From Geosiphon pyriformis uo1 (Eukaryota; Fungi; Glomeromycota): a stretch of 64,000 bases of DNA. Of the stretch, positions 25,763-38,674 are shown one piece after another (positions within the stretch are counted from its first letter, which is position 1; the number at the start of each line of letters is the position of its first letter). The stretch lies in contig JAAOMT010000595.1 in the NCBI GenBank assembly GCA_016748015.1, forward strand, positions 255,051 through 319,050, in the 5' to 3' direction. The translations under genes were made by a program, and so were the position numbers. Below the pieces are notes generated by a model, which was not told the origin of the DNA, searched no databases, and saw only the letters and a program-made list of their open reading frames with translations.

Positions 25763-28379
25763 TTTTATCTTGTTTTCAATGGGTCAATAGTCTAGATGAA
25801 ACCTGGATTTTCTGTTAGTTGAGCACTTAATTCTTTGATTGAAAATTGTAAAGGTTGTAGAAACTTTGAAATTTTTCTCAAGTTTTTCTGAAGGCAATTT
25901 ACTTATTATCGCCACTTCTGAATTTGTTGTGAGGATTTGACCAACTTCCTGGAGCTTCATATTTATCTCAAAAATCTTTTTCGAGTTCATCATTTGTTAA
26001 AAAGCAAAATATCGAGAGCTCATCTAAATTACGTTAAAGTCTTAATAACAAAGACCAAAAAGATAATACCACCTAAAAAATGTATTCACCTCCTATTTCG
26101 GTAACTTGTTTCGAATAGTTTACATCAAAATGGAAACACGCAACCAAACCAAGATTGAAGTTACATTGATAATTCTATTTTATTTTTCAAAGTCGCTCTA
26201 ACGGCAATAATTATTAAAGAGTGGCTTATTGTTGAATAAAGTTTCTCAATGACCTTTAGTGGCATAGCCAATCTTGTAAGAGGAATTTAAGAGCCAATTA
26301 AAGAAATTTATTCTTTTTCGGGACTCAGAATTTTACGTTTCGCTCATTAGAGTTTTAATGTGCAAAACGTATAACCGTGACGCAAACCTTATTTAATAAT
26401 TCAAAGCTAAAAAACTTGATTTGACTGGAAAATTAGCTGTGTTATTCAAGTATTCCGGGATATTATTATTAAAAATATTTACTTGGGAGATTTTTATTCC
26501 ATGATTTTGGTATTTTGAATTTCATGTAACAGGTTCTGTTTGAACAGCATTAAATTCGAGTAGTTCATATTATTCCAAGAAATTAATTATATCTAACAAT
26601 TAGCAAAGAAAAAAGCTTCTGAACAAACGATATCCTTTGAAGTTCAAATTGTTTAAATGGAACCATAATTGTTGAATTTTATCCTTATTATTTTCGATAG
26701 GCTTTAACATCGAGATAAGCCATAGCAACAACAATTAGGTTTTATGATTGCATGTGGTGAATTGGTAATTGTGCTAGCTATCATAAATTCCTTGTGAACT
26801 TGATTAATACAATCAAATGAGAGTAAACTTTAGAGAAGTTCAAGATGATCTGCATGAGTTTGCGGATTTACAAAATTCCAAAAGAAACTTGGGTTGGGTT
26901 TCTTTTGATACGCAGCTTCTAGGAGTCTGAGGTTTATAAATTTAGCTATTATATCAATTTTTTTAATAATCCTTTTTTGTACATTAAATTTCCCTTGATT
27001 TTCAGGCACGACTTTGGTTATTTAAAAGGGGAAATTTATAAAAGGCATTTTAATAACAGACTTTTTACAATTCGATCATTTTCAAAATCCCCCTTTATAA
27101 TAAATTTGTTGTCCATTAAGATAACCCTTATTTGGATGACAACATAGCCTAACTCTGGGCCTTGATGATCAGAGATTGATGGTAACGATAATGTATCCAC
27201 CAGAGCATTTTTGGGACGGTCTTTAGGGTAATTTTCTTGCCTTATGATTTACTATTTCTGACCCTCAAAACGTGGGGATAACAATTTCATCAAACTCACA
27301 AGTGAAAAAAGGCTGCGCTTCTACGGATTTCACTCTGCAGATACACAATCCTTTGTCTTATGTGCAAAACTGCTTTATTGAGCGGCTGGGCCCTGTCATT
27401 CTTATGCTTTGAAGTGAAGACAGCTAGTTGAATTTTACGAAATAAGATAATCAAATACAGGATTAATAAAATGCATAAGTGGAACTGTCTGCTTACATTT
27501 TGTAGGTTTGCATCTTATAGAGCCAGAAAATGTAAATTCGTTGATTTGTCGAGAATATGAACTTTTCTATCAGATATAATCTTGTGCAAATAGGTCCACT
27601 TATTATTTCTACACTTTGAAAAGTCCATATTATGAATTTAGTTTTATTTTAGACCATTTATCTTGTGTCAATGTGCAAAGGCATTCATCGACGAAATATG
27701 AAATTACATAAAAACGGTTCCACTATGATGTTGAAAATACTGAGTGCAAATCCTAGTGCACCTCATCGCTAATAATTTCGTTTTATATTGACTAATAGCT
27801 TCACATTGATGATATTAGTAAAAGCAAAACCTAACCAACCTCGTAAAGTCTACAAAACTTCAATAGTCGAAAAATTATCAAAATAAAATGTTTCTGTTGA
27901 AGCATCATAACTTCAATCTTTTCTTTTCTTTGATGCTATATACCTTCTTTAAGATAACACAACGTCTTTTGTTATATACCCCATTTATGATATTAAAAGC
28001 AAAGCTTTTCAAGCCCATCCATTGCTTCAAGAGGTGTTTCTAAATAGGATTAGGATACACTTGAGCCAGCAACATGCCATTAAGAGTTTTCACATGCTGC
28101 TATTGCCATAGTTTTTGTTCTTTTTCTGGTGCTCTCTTCTTTATTTAGCTGTTCGCTATCTTTGCATTCTACAGAAGAAGACCGTATTGATGGCAAGAAT
28201 ATTTTGGGAAAGTTCATGATTGTCAGATGTTTCATTGTTGAAGAGGACCAGAATAGAGGGAAAAGATATATATTAGAGGAGATCGAAGGCAAAGGAGCTG
28301 AAATGAAAAATACAACTTCTGAAATCATCTCGCAATTTGTCTATTCCAGTAAGAACTTAATTCCTGATATTTTAATTTT

Positions 28380-29360
28380 TATCTTAAATTTTTATTAATT
28401 CTTTTCCAAAATCAATTAAAAAAACTAAATTTATCTAATAAATAAGAATATATAATATTTTTTGAAATAAATTAAATATGAATAATATTATATATATATA
28501 TATAATTGAAAATTAGATCAAAAACAAACAAAAAACAATTTTAAGTAAATTATAAAAGAATAATAACTGATATTGATTAAACTAAAAATTCTGTGTGTTA
28601 ATTATTTTATATTAAATTTATTGCTAATAATTATAAATGTGTATCCATTAAGCATTATGTTTTTTTTTGAATGATTTTATCAAAAATAAGTTCCAACATC
28701 AATAAAATGATGATAATTGTACACTTTTTGTAAAATATGTTTAATTTTATTTTATTTTTTAAGATCTATTTTTGAATTTTATTAGATTATTTATTTTTTA
28801 ATATAAAATATCAATGAATTAAGTACAAAAATTAATTTTAATCTCATTCAATATGATTTTCAATATTTTATCAGAAATATTTGTTAATTTTATTCAATAT
28901 ACATATATTTATGTTATATTGAATAAATTTATTTTTTAAACAAATACATTATTTTTATTTAAATTATAACATATAAGTACATTTACAAAGTTTTTTTTAT
29001 CAATATTTTTCAACAAATTTTCAATCAATTTATAATATAATTGAATATTTAAACAACCTTGAAACATTATTCTATAATTTTCAAATTTGAATTTTGACAT
29101 ACTATATTGATTTATTAAAAATGCATTGAATTTTTTTTAGAAATATTGTTTTTTTATTAGATTCAAATAATAAGAATTTACCAAATAACTCATTTCTGAT
29201 TTTTAATAATCCAATTTTGAAACTTTTTTTTTTAATTTAGTTCAAATGATTTCTTTGTGTGATTTTCAAAGAAATAATTAATTAACATATCATTTATATA
29301 GGTCTGAATTTTAATTTATCATTAGAACTTTCAGTATTTTCTTTATTTTTTTTATTTTTA
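28380..29360. repeat. C/G-depleted AT-rich tract
   Basis: Composition, sharp borders. Confidence 0.4.
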
Positions 29361-31279
29361 TTTTCTTTTAACGAGTGAGGCCCAAATGCCACCTAGCACA
29401 ATACATCAAACTAAGTGATCTAAAATAGGCGCAAATCATGCATTTTCTACACGCGACCAGTTACTCGGGCCAATCAGAGCGACACTACGAACCTATCTTA
29501 ACAGACACTACACTATCAGTACCAGAGAAAAAACTGCAAAGCTTACGAAAACCAAAACTGACACCATGCGCCTCTGCAATCCCAAGCAACTTAATGACAC
29601 CATCAGAGAGCAGAGATAAAGGACCACTCTTTATTTTTGAGTATTCGTACAACTGAATATATAATTACATATTTCGTACAACAATTTGTCTGGTAGGAAT
29701 ATTCATCTTTGTAAATAGTGTGAATAAGAAAATATTTTCCGACTGAATTTAATAGTATATTATTAATACCAAGTTGTAATATTACGATAATTTTTATATA
29801 TAATGTAGTGAGAAAAAAATTACCCATATATAGTAACCTTAAGTTCAAAGTCTTTTGTTCGACATCAATCAAAAGAAACCTAAACACCAAGCTTAATCAT
29901 TTCATTAATTAAAATGATAATTGGTACCATAACTATTATCAAATAATTTACTTATAAGTCTAAATAATTAAAATAGACATCTTTTTTTTTGTGTACAACT
30001 CTTAAATAAAAAGTAATCAAAATTTTAAATGTTCAATTTCTTTTGTGTATACAATATTTATATTTGACCAATTTTTGAAAATCATTCTCAGAAAAAAAAA
30101 AAAACACTAAATCTGGATAAATTTCCTTTACAAAATTACATTTTTGAGGAATTCTTACTTTGAAATTTAATGATGGTAAAGGAACCCTTTTTTTTTTTAT
30201 TGTTTTCATTGATGTGCAATAATTACTTTATCAAAATTAAATAAAAAAATAAAAAATTTGCTTTATTGAACCATAAGTTTAAATGTAGTGAGAAAGCAAT
30301 TTTGGATTTACGACGATAAGAAGATAATTTAAAGATTCTGAAGTAACTTTTTTCATTTATTTCAATGCGAGAAAATAATTTTTTATATTTCAAGTGTAAA
30401 TTAGCTGATTTTAATTTTTGACATCAAAATTTGGTCTCGCTCTTATAAATATGGAAATTAATTTCGTTCTTTTATTCAGTCTTGAAATTTTATTCAAGCC
30501 TAAAAATTATGAAATTATGCATCAAACTCTTAATAGATTGAAAAATACTGAATTTAAATTTATAAGATCTCAATTTGGTTAGCCTTATGAATTAGGTTTA
30601 GCACAACTTTGAACGGAAAGGTATATTTTAAAAATTCTTTCATAGACAATTATTAAAGTTGTTCCCAACCCATCGTAGGTAATAACCTATTTACATTTAT
30701 TCCAAATTAAATCGCATGAATCGTTGACAAATCAATTTTGTGTTGCGTAAGCGATCATCCGAATTCCTTCTGGATGATTCTTTTCAATGATGTTGATCAA
30801 TTTATGCATCAGTTATCACACATTCTTAATATACGCAAATACTCACGTCACTTAAAAATCCAGGAATCTCCCGTCCAAGTTAAATCCTTTCCCTTTTCTA
30901 TATTCCCATATTTATTTTCCATGTATATCTCTTTCCATTGTGAAATCTGGACACAAATAGTTTTTTCAGTTGCAAAAATTGAAATGAAATACATAATTGT
31001 GTCGTTAAACCATGAAGAGTACATGATCTTGAATTAATTGATTATATAACATCCCCTGAATTTATAAAAAGAGGTTGGGCGCGCTTTCCAGTGAAAGAAA
31101 TTGGTCCAATTTTTTCTGGCATCATTTTTTATATAGGAAGATATTTTGGACCCACTACACAATTTGACGAGGAAGCAATCATCATTGAATTCAAGCATCC
31201 AAGATACTTAATTTTGGGCCTTTGCTTAAAAAAAAAAATTTTTTTAAAAACCCCCCAATTTTGCTTGCTTAAAATAGCA

Positions 31280-32122
31280 ATGGAATCTCCTCAGCCTATC
31301 TATGATAATTTTGAAATCATGACAATACCACCAATTGCTTCTACGTCAATGGAATTAGAATCCTCGGTCATCGTCAATGAGACTATTACACCTGAACCTC
31401 TGACTCCAGTATCTTTGATTGAAATCGAAGAATCAAATTTGCCAACTGATCTTTTGGATTCTTTAGAACGGAGAAGACTGTTTCGTAAACAAAAAATTGA
31501 TATTTTATTGCATGAATTTGAGTATCTTGATGCAATGATTGACGGAGCAGCCACCTACGTATCATTATGCCAAAAATATGAACAAATATATTCTTTATGG
31601 GTCTATGCATACCCACATTTTAACCCATTTGAACTTAACTTACAAGAAGCAAAAACATGGCGCTTAATCCCGGCTATTTTACTATGTTATAAACATTTTC
31701 TCATTCGCAAAAGAGAAAATATGGATTTGCAAAATTTCGATATGGATGATAGATTAGAAGAAGGGCGAACCTTGCGTTCAATCCCAAAACGAGGGGATAA
31801 TGATATCGTGAAATTGGTAAAAATTTTCGATAGAGCAATGAATATTATTGGGATGTATTCGACAAAATCAATTGAACCTCCATTGAAAAAAGAAAAAAAA
31901 TTGCGAGAGTTTACTGTTAAAGAATTACGGCAAGAATGGAAAGAGTTGATTAAAAATTTAAGAACCGTTAGAGATGCCTGGGCGGCTGGTGAGGAAACTG
32001 AAATTCACAGTACGCGAGAAAGACGAGGTTGGAAATGTGAGTTTAGAAGATTAAGAAGGAAAGTTGAGGCTTCTTCTGTCCTTGATTTAGATCTGAATAT
32101 AAAGAAAAAATGCAAAAAGTAA
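31280..32122 (+). CDS. Hypothetical alpha-helical protein (280 aa from ATG 31280)
   Basis: Long intact ORF; acidic Pro-rich N-terminus, helical body, basic C-terminus. The upstream GTG extension crosses homopolymer runs and is less credible. Confidence 0.7.
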   Translation: MESPQPIYDNFEIMTIPPIASTSMELESSVIVNETITPEPLTPVSLIEIEESNLPTDLLDSLERRRLFRKQKIDILLHEFEYLDAMIDGAATYVSLCQKYEQIYSLWVYAYPHFNPFELNLQEAKTWRLIPAILLCYKHFLIRKRENMDLQNFDMDDRLEEGRTLRSIPKRGDNDIVKLVKIFDRAMNIIGMYSTKSIEPPLKKEKKLREFTVKELRQEWKELIKNLRTVRDAWAAGEETEIHSTRERRGWKCEFRRLRRKVEASSVLDLDLNIKKKCKK

Positions 32123-34709
32123 TTTTAAAGGTCAAAGAATATTGAAATGAGTTGTGTAAATGCTGTACATGTACTGTGCATGCTAGAAAAATTCTCGAGT
32201 TACACCTAATTAGAAAAACCGAAAATTTTAGTGACTTGTCATACAACTGATCATCAGCTTTCTTATACAAAGTTAGAATGAATTCTAGAACTTAATTTCT
32301 AAATTTGTATAATGATTGACGTAGAGTTAATTTTAGCTTTCAGCTGTCATGCTTAAACTAATAAGGCAAGGTTCATGTTCGTATTCTCGTTCGGCTCTTT
32401 GCGCAATTATCCGAAGAAAAATTATGTTTGATTTCCCATACTTTTTACGAACATTTAACAAAATTAAATTTTAAAAAGGATCTCACCATCTCAATAAATT
32501 ATATAAATGAATTTTAAATATATTGAAGGATAAAGTTTCGCTAGATTAAACTTCTGTTTGAGAAGCAGCCAAAGATTCTTAAAATGATGTATAATGTATG
32601 TATGAGATCATCCTGTGTTGGTCTTAAAATAAGAAACTGGAAAAATGTCCCGATACAATATTTTAAAATATAACCATTTAGTTAATTTTAATTCAGTTGA
32701 AAGGATTTTATTAATAGCAAATGAGTCACTGTAATTTTGTTGTTGATAAACTTAAATTAAGAATGGTTTTTGAAAGAAAGTATGCTCGAGATAGCTTGAA
32801 AAAAATTTACTTATTAAAGGGTTTGTAACAAGAGAGATAAAATTTGTTAATATAAGAATTATTCTTTAATATCAAGAGAACTAGACAAAAATTTTTCAAG
32901 ATTGAAATGATTGTGATTATCAAGTTCCAAACAGAATTTTTCAATATTAGTTTTTATCAATTTCGGCAGAATGACTCATTTATTTTCGAACTCTTAACTA
33001 TCATGGCTAAAAAAAATTTGAGATTATTTAATAAGAAATTGTAAAATAATTTTATATTAAAAATACCAGCCTAAAAATTGAAAAAATACTTAAAAATTAC
33101 ATTCAATTTTAAAAATAAATCAAAATAATTAAATTTTTTAAACCTTATTTTAAATTAAATTTTAATATTGAACACTTTATCAGATTGATAAGATATTAAT
33201 TAACGCATCTCTCTCACGTTAAATATTAGTTTGTTTTTATACGGGTTAAAATCTTTTAAAATAAATAATTCCTAATGAAATTTTAATGCCATGAAATATA
33301 TTCACCAAAAGGTTTCTCTATAGAGACTTATACTTATTTTAATCGAAAGTAATGAAGCATCAATTTTTTTTAAGATATTTTTTAAATTTTAATCATCCCT
33401 AAGTATTTTCTTTTATATCAGTCATCATAATTGCCAAATATATTGGAAATATGATAATTTTAAATAATCTTTTTTGATTCAAAATATAGTTAATAATAAG
33501 CTGGACAAACGAACAAATAAAAAAACAAACAAACAAACAAATCTTTTTATCTGGCTAGTAAACTAATATTAAAAGTTTGAATTTTTCTCAATGAGTTTTT
33601 CTTTTCATTTGAGAGTTTTCATCATCATTAGATTTATTATATTTTTCAATTTGACTGGTATGATTCAATACTCGAACGAAGAAATTTCTATTGATCTTTC
33701 AAATCGGCTAAAATCTCTAATGCTATACGAACCAGGAGTTATTAATTCTGACTATAACTTAAAAATTACACCAGAAACAAGATATCAAAAAAAACCAATA
33801 CAGCAACAAAATTTTCCGAGAAATATAAAACATTTTCATCGAACTAGAATTCTGCCAATAACATTGATTAAGCCTAATCCAAGTGTTTCTCCGCTTCGTT
33901 AAACGAAATCTATCGGCTCATAAAAAAACTTTTGAGATAATCTTTAATTGTCGACACCATAAAAAAAGTAAACGATGAAAGTATTTTATAAAATTCAGAA
34001 ACGTAATTATGAAGCTTTTTAAAAAATATTGTAGATAATTCAAGGTTTAATACTTAAATATAGAATTTCAAAAAGTGAAGCTCATAAGTACCTTGATTTT
34101 AATCTATCTAAATGATCGCTTTTTCAAAATATAAATATTATGCCAACTATGAGTTAGGATCTAAGTTGAAAATTAAAACCCTTTAGTGTGATCTAGTAGA
34201 CTTAAATATGATTGTAATATCATTTGATGTGATCGATCATGTTGTGCAATTAGAAACTTTACAAAAATTCTAAAGTATTTTTCATTTGTCCTCAAATCTT
34301 TAAAAGTTAAGAAGAATAATATAAATAATCACAATTTGATTTAGGCTAAATTTTTTTCAAAAGGATAAAATACACATTAATCCTATACTTTTAAAAAGAT
34401 GTATCAACATTTAATCCCCACCCCAAAATATATTCATATTCAGTCAACTGTGAAAACCAGTCATGTTATCACGATGTCATTTTGATGATCTGTCAAGATT
34501 TCAGACCAGCAACCTATTTATTTTCTCAAGAGGAAAATATCGATGCGTGTTCAGACTTTATAATGTCCAAGTTGGTTTGTCACTACGCCAAATGACCACT
34601 TTTGTTAAAAAGTACAACCGAAATGATCGTCAATTTTGATAAGTCTGATTTTCAACCTTTTTTAATTACAGTTCAGTTGGCGATCACTTAAAAAACCAAT
34701 ATTGATACT

Positions 34710-35858
34710 ATGTCTTCGACAATTCAAAAGAATGAAAAAACACCGCCAATATTCAGAGGTTTCCAACGCGAACAATTATCTGGATTTTTTAAACGACTTG
34801 AAAGCTCTTTTAAATATCTTTCAAAAGAAGTCACATCTACTGAAGAAACATTAAATGATGAGCAAATAAAGATATTGGAAATTTATCTCGCATCAGAAGC
34901 CAAACGTTGGTACAACAATGTAAATTGGAATGATTGGCAAAATGGAAAACCAGGTCCTATAAAGAATTCTATCTCACCAAAACCTGGCAGAGTTCCTGCG
35001 ACTTATGATCAACGAAAAGCCTGGATGTTTGAAAACTTCCCATTTCATTCCATTGGCGAAAAATTTCAGTATAAGGATTATTTGAAACAAGGTCCTTTAG
35101 AATCACCCAAAAATTTTTATCAAAGAATTGTTCACGTTTTAAAAGAGAAAGGTTTGAAGGATAATGTCATTTTAGAATCGAGATTTGTTGATGGCCTCTA
35201 TCCACAATTAAGAATTTATATTCCTCAAATTACCACGAAATCTATGAAATTTGCTCAACATGTTGATCGTGTTGACAAACAATTTCATAAAATGTGTCCA
35301 GAGAGTGATTTAATTCATTCAAAATCTGATTATGGAATTTTAAAATGGACAGGAGTCTTCAGTAATGATTCTCCTAAATCAGATGATGAAAAGTTTAAAA
35401 AACTCCCTCCAATGGGTGCAGTCCTTTGCCTGAAACAAGGATTCGACGAAAGTCCATGGGACTATTATATTCGGCTTGGAGATGCCTGCGAGCACGACGG
35501 TATAGATGTTGATCAAAGCCGAAAGCTATTGTTTTATCGTGGATTAAATGAAAAAGTTCAAGAAGAGGAAAAGGTTTGGAACGCTTCGAACCTTGAAGAA
35601 CAGGTTGCCATGGCACATCAATGGTGGATGAAGGATTATTGGAAGAATCGACATCACGAAGCTCATCTAGAGTTTGCCAAAAGCAAATATCATTATGAAC
35701 AAGTCGAAGAAACAGATTATCAATTTTCACATCCTCGCTACAGCGTTCTTCCACTCAATGGGGGTTCAGATGAATTTTTTTACGATATCATGCAACCGAA
35801 TGTTGACACTAGTCCAACATTTGCCATCGGAGATCCATCCACTTGTAGTATTTCTTGA
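34710..35858 (+). CDS. Retrotransposon Gag/capsid-like protein with two tandem CA C-terminal-domain repeats
   Basis: PPIFRG..E...FFKRLE..F, YLASEAKRWY, TYDQRKAWMFENF (CA-NTD pattern). LKQGPLESPKNFYQRI...FVDGLYPQLR and LKQGFDESPWDYYIRL...FYRGLNEKVQ (MHR/CA-CTD pattern twice). Confidence 0.75.
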   Translation: MSSTIQKNEKTPPIFRGFQREQLSGFFKRLESSFKYLSKEVTSTEETLNDEQIKILEIYLASEAKRWYNNVNWNDWQNGKPGPIKNSISPKPGRVPATYDQRKAWMFENFPFHSIGEKFQYKDYLKQGPLESPKNFYQRIVHVLKEKGLKDNVILESRFVDGLYPQLRIYIPQITTKSMKFAQHVDRVDKQFHKMCPESDLIHSKSDYGILKWTGVFSNDSPKSDDEKFKKLPPMGAVLCLKQGFDESPWDYYIRLGDACEHDGIDVDQSRKLLFYRGLNEKVQEEEKVWNASNLEEQVAMAHQWWMKDYWKNRHHEAHLEFAKSKYHYEQVEETDYQFSHPRYSVLPLNGGSDEFFYDIMQPNVDTSPTFAIGDPSTCSIS

Positions 35859-36391
35859 GAATATTTTCTATTGGATTTATGAATTAGACGACATTGACAA
35901 TCAATGAATTTCAAAATTTTATACTACTAATCTAAGAGTTCTTAGCTTTCAAAATCAAAATATTTGTCAAATATTTGCTACGGGTATATTCTGGAATTGA
36001 AAATTTTAAAGCGATTTTAGGTTTAAAGTTTAGAGCAAACTTGAAATTTTTTTAAATATTAGACTATATACATGAATTTAAAGTAAATCTTTCTTTCCTT
36101 TTTATCGATCATACTTGCAAATTGATTTATTAAAAAAGTTCTTCCGGGTTCATAATTTCCAGAAAGTACGCTATCATGAAAATACTCTAAAACAAAGATG
36201 TACATGAACTGCCCATCCAAAAATAATGGTGATCAAAGATTCTCTTGAAATAATCCTTGATAAACCTCATGTAGGAAAAAGTTTGGATTATCTGAAATAT
36301 TATGAAACTCCAAGGATGATGTTTTGAATTAAAAAGAAAATGTAAAAGTTAGGTTGGAATAATTATCTTTCTTTATGAATCTGATTATAAG

Positions 36392-38167
36392 ATGAATTTG
36401 AGAACCCATTTCGATGGATCATGGAGGATGAGAAATCATGGGGGTAGAACATTGCCAATAGCGGCATTATTGTTCTTTCCCTGGTGCTCACAATTTTTTT
36501 CTATATTTATCGATGCTTCCCCAAGTTTTCTGTTTGCCAAGAGGGAAAGTTCATACGCGGCAGAACAGAGCTCTAATAAATTAAATGAAGGCTTAGTACA
36601 AAATTTGTTTTCTCATAATGAAACAATTTGGTATGATAAATACTATTCCACTGGATTAAATACGGAAAAACCCAGTAGATATGATTTGGGAGATACCTTC
36701 GAATCTATGACTCCTATTAACAACAACAATATCCAACAGCTTCCCGTGAATGACTTTGAATTTGGTTTAGACCCATCAAGTAATCAAAATTTTATGTTAA
36801 CCGAACTTGAAACCTCAAGTGAAAACAAGGAAAAAATTTTTCAACCCTTTAATGATTTCAGCTTGTCTACTGGGCTATCAAGTCAGAATTTGCAAAACAA
36901 AGAGGAAGAGTCTTTTGAAGAAATAGTTGAAATAACCCCACCACTATTAGATTCAAAAAAATATCAAAATAAACTTTTTCCAGAACAAAGCTCGCGAAAA
37001 AAAGTTAGTGAAGGCAAGGAACAATCAGGAAATGAGAAAGGCTTATGGGAATTTCTCTTTGGGGATGGTTTTCCTCGTGATACCAAATATCGCCAACGAA
37101 TAATGAATCCCAACATTCGACGTCTTCTTATTACTTTTGGAGACATGACAAAATACGGTTTCTGTTTTGCCATGAGTCGCGGAGTCGCTTATTCTCCCGA
37201 TCTTTATGGTTAGTTAGTGGACCCAAATATTTTCATGATCGGTGCTTCATCTTTTAAGGAATTTCACTTTTGAATTTTTCTCTGATAGGACTTTCGGGTT
37301 ACGATATTGAAAAGAAAGAAATTTATGTAATTTTGAGTTACCATGGCAAGGTTGGCAAAAAATTATTTTTCACTGAGGAAAAACCGCCCCCATTCACGGC
37401 TTATAAACCCGTAAATGGAAGCGAGATTTTGTTGAATCAATTATTGTATCAAGAGTTTTTACTTGCACGGAAAAATTTTACACAACAAATTCGACCCTTG
37501 ATTCAAGACGGCTATACTATACACATAACTTCATGGGGAGTTGGGGCGGGTAATTTGAACTGATTAAATTTATTGCTAGATTACAAATTTTTTAATAATT
37601 TAAAAAATGTTATATTTTTTATTTTTAGCATTCGCCGTTCTTTGCGCCTTAGCCATCACAGAGGAATTCTCACAAACAATGGGAAAAGTCAACTTATACA
37701 CCTTTGGCCAGCCTCGAATTGGGAATGAAAATTTTGCGAAATATGTCAACTCCAGGGTTCAAGCATTTCGTGTGACGCGAAAGCATGATGAATGGCCAAT
37801 AACACCTTCTTTTCAATACGGTTTTGTACACCACAATACAGAGTATTGGATTTCCTCGCCTTTTGAGGTGAGAAGACCAAATAAAGGGCCGCTATATATG
37901 TGTAATGCAAAATCAGGTGAAGAGAGTCCGGTAAGTCGGCATTTTTATTACTTTAGGGGTTATTTTTTCTGTTCTATTTTAAATTTAACCTAAACTTTTT
38001 CCAAGGATTGTACAAACTCTGAGATTCTCGAGAGTGGCTATGTATCAGACTCTCATCAACATCCCTTTTTTGGTCTCGATATGAGCGTTATCGATTGCTA
38101 TCACTATCCGCCACCAACTCCTTTATTCCTCCAAAATTCCAAGACTGGATTTCTAGGTAATTCCTAA
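36392..38167 (+). CDS. Class-3 lipase-like protein with a long N-terminal pro-region, 4 exons (36392-37208, 37289-37549, 37629-37930, 38006-38167); lacks the nucleophile Ser
   Basis: In-frame GT-AG splicing. Motifs KKEIYVILSY, IHITSWGVGAAFAVLCAL, LYTFGQPRIGNENFA, RVTRKHDEWP, GFVHHNTEYWI, DCTNS...SHQHPFFG; hydrophobic segment near the N-terminus. Confidence 0.85.
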
Positions 38168-38674
38168 ATAGATTCGAAAGACAATATTGGTCATGGAACG
38201 GAGAAGTAGTATTCATTCTAGAGATCGATGAAAAATCTTAATTTTAATTATCTGTTTGCATAAATGTGTAAAGAGTGCATATTTGGCTTATTCCTAAATT
38301 AATAATTGCTAAACCGTATTAACTTGCAGTCGATATCGAATGCGAATAGCCAGTTGATTATTAAATATCTCGAGCTTTTGGAAGTATTTAACATATACAA
38401 CGCCTATTACCAGTGTACACGAATTTCTTGAGCAAATTTCATCGTAAAAAAAATTTCTCGTGGATTATTCACTCAAAACTTTTTCTCTCTCTCAATTGTT
38501 AAGCTAAAATATAGCGGGGAGTAAAATCCAGAAACATGTTCCGATTGTTCATGATTCGTGTTTCACAAAATAGTATCACTGCTTTGTAATGCATGACATC
38601 TATTTTAGGATTAGACGACCATCCTGACAATTGTCATATTTTTTAGTTTCAAAGTTTCCCTTTCATCTTTATTG

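Noticed and set aside
27900-28328. Possible bZIP pseudogene (RKRTKTMAIAA...YLE..LE)
   Set aside because: Invariant Asn/Arg not present, multiple stops; resemblance is too weak
29438-29656. 72-aa ORF in a small GC-richer island
   Set aside because: Short and without motifs; more likely a repeat fragment
33591-33902. 103-aa ORF
   Set aside because: AT-rich with no recognisable domain; cannot be supported
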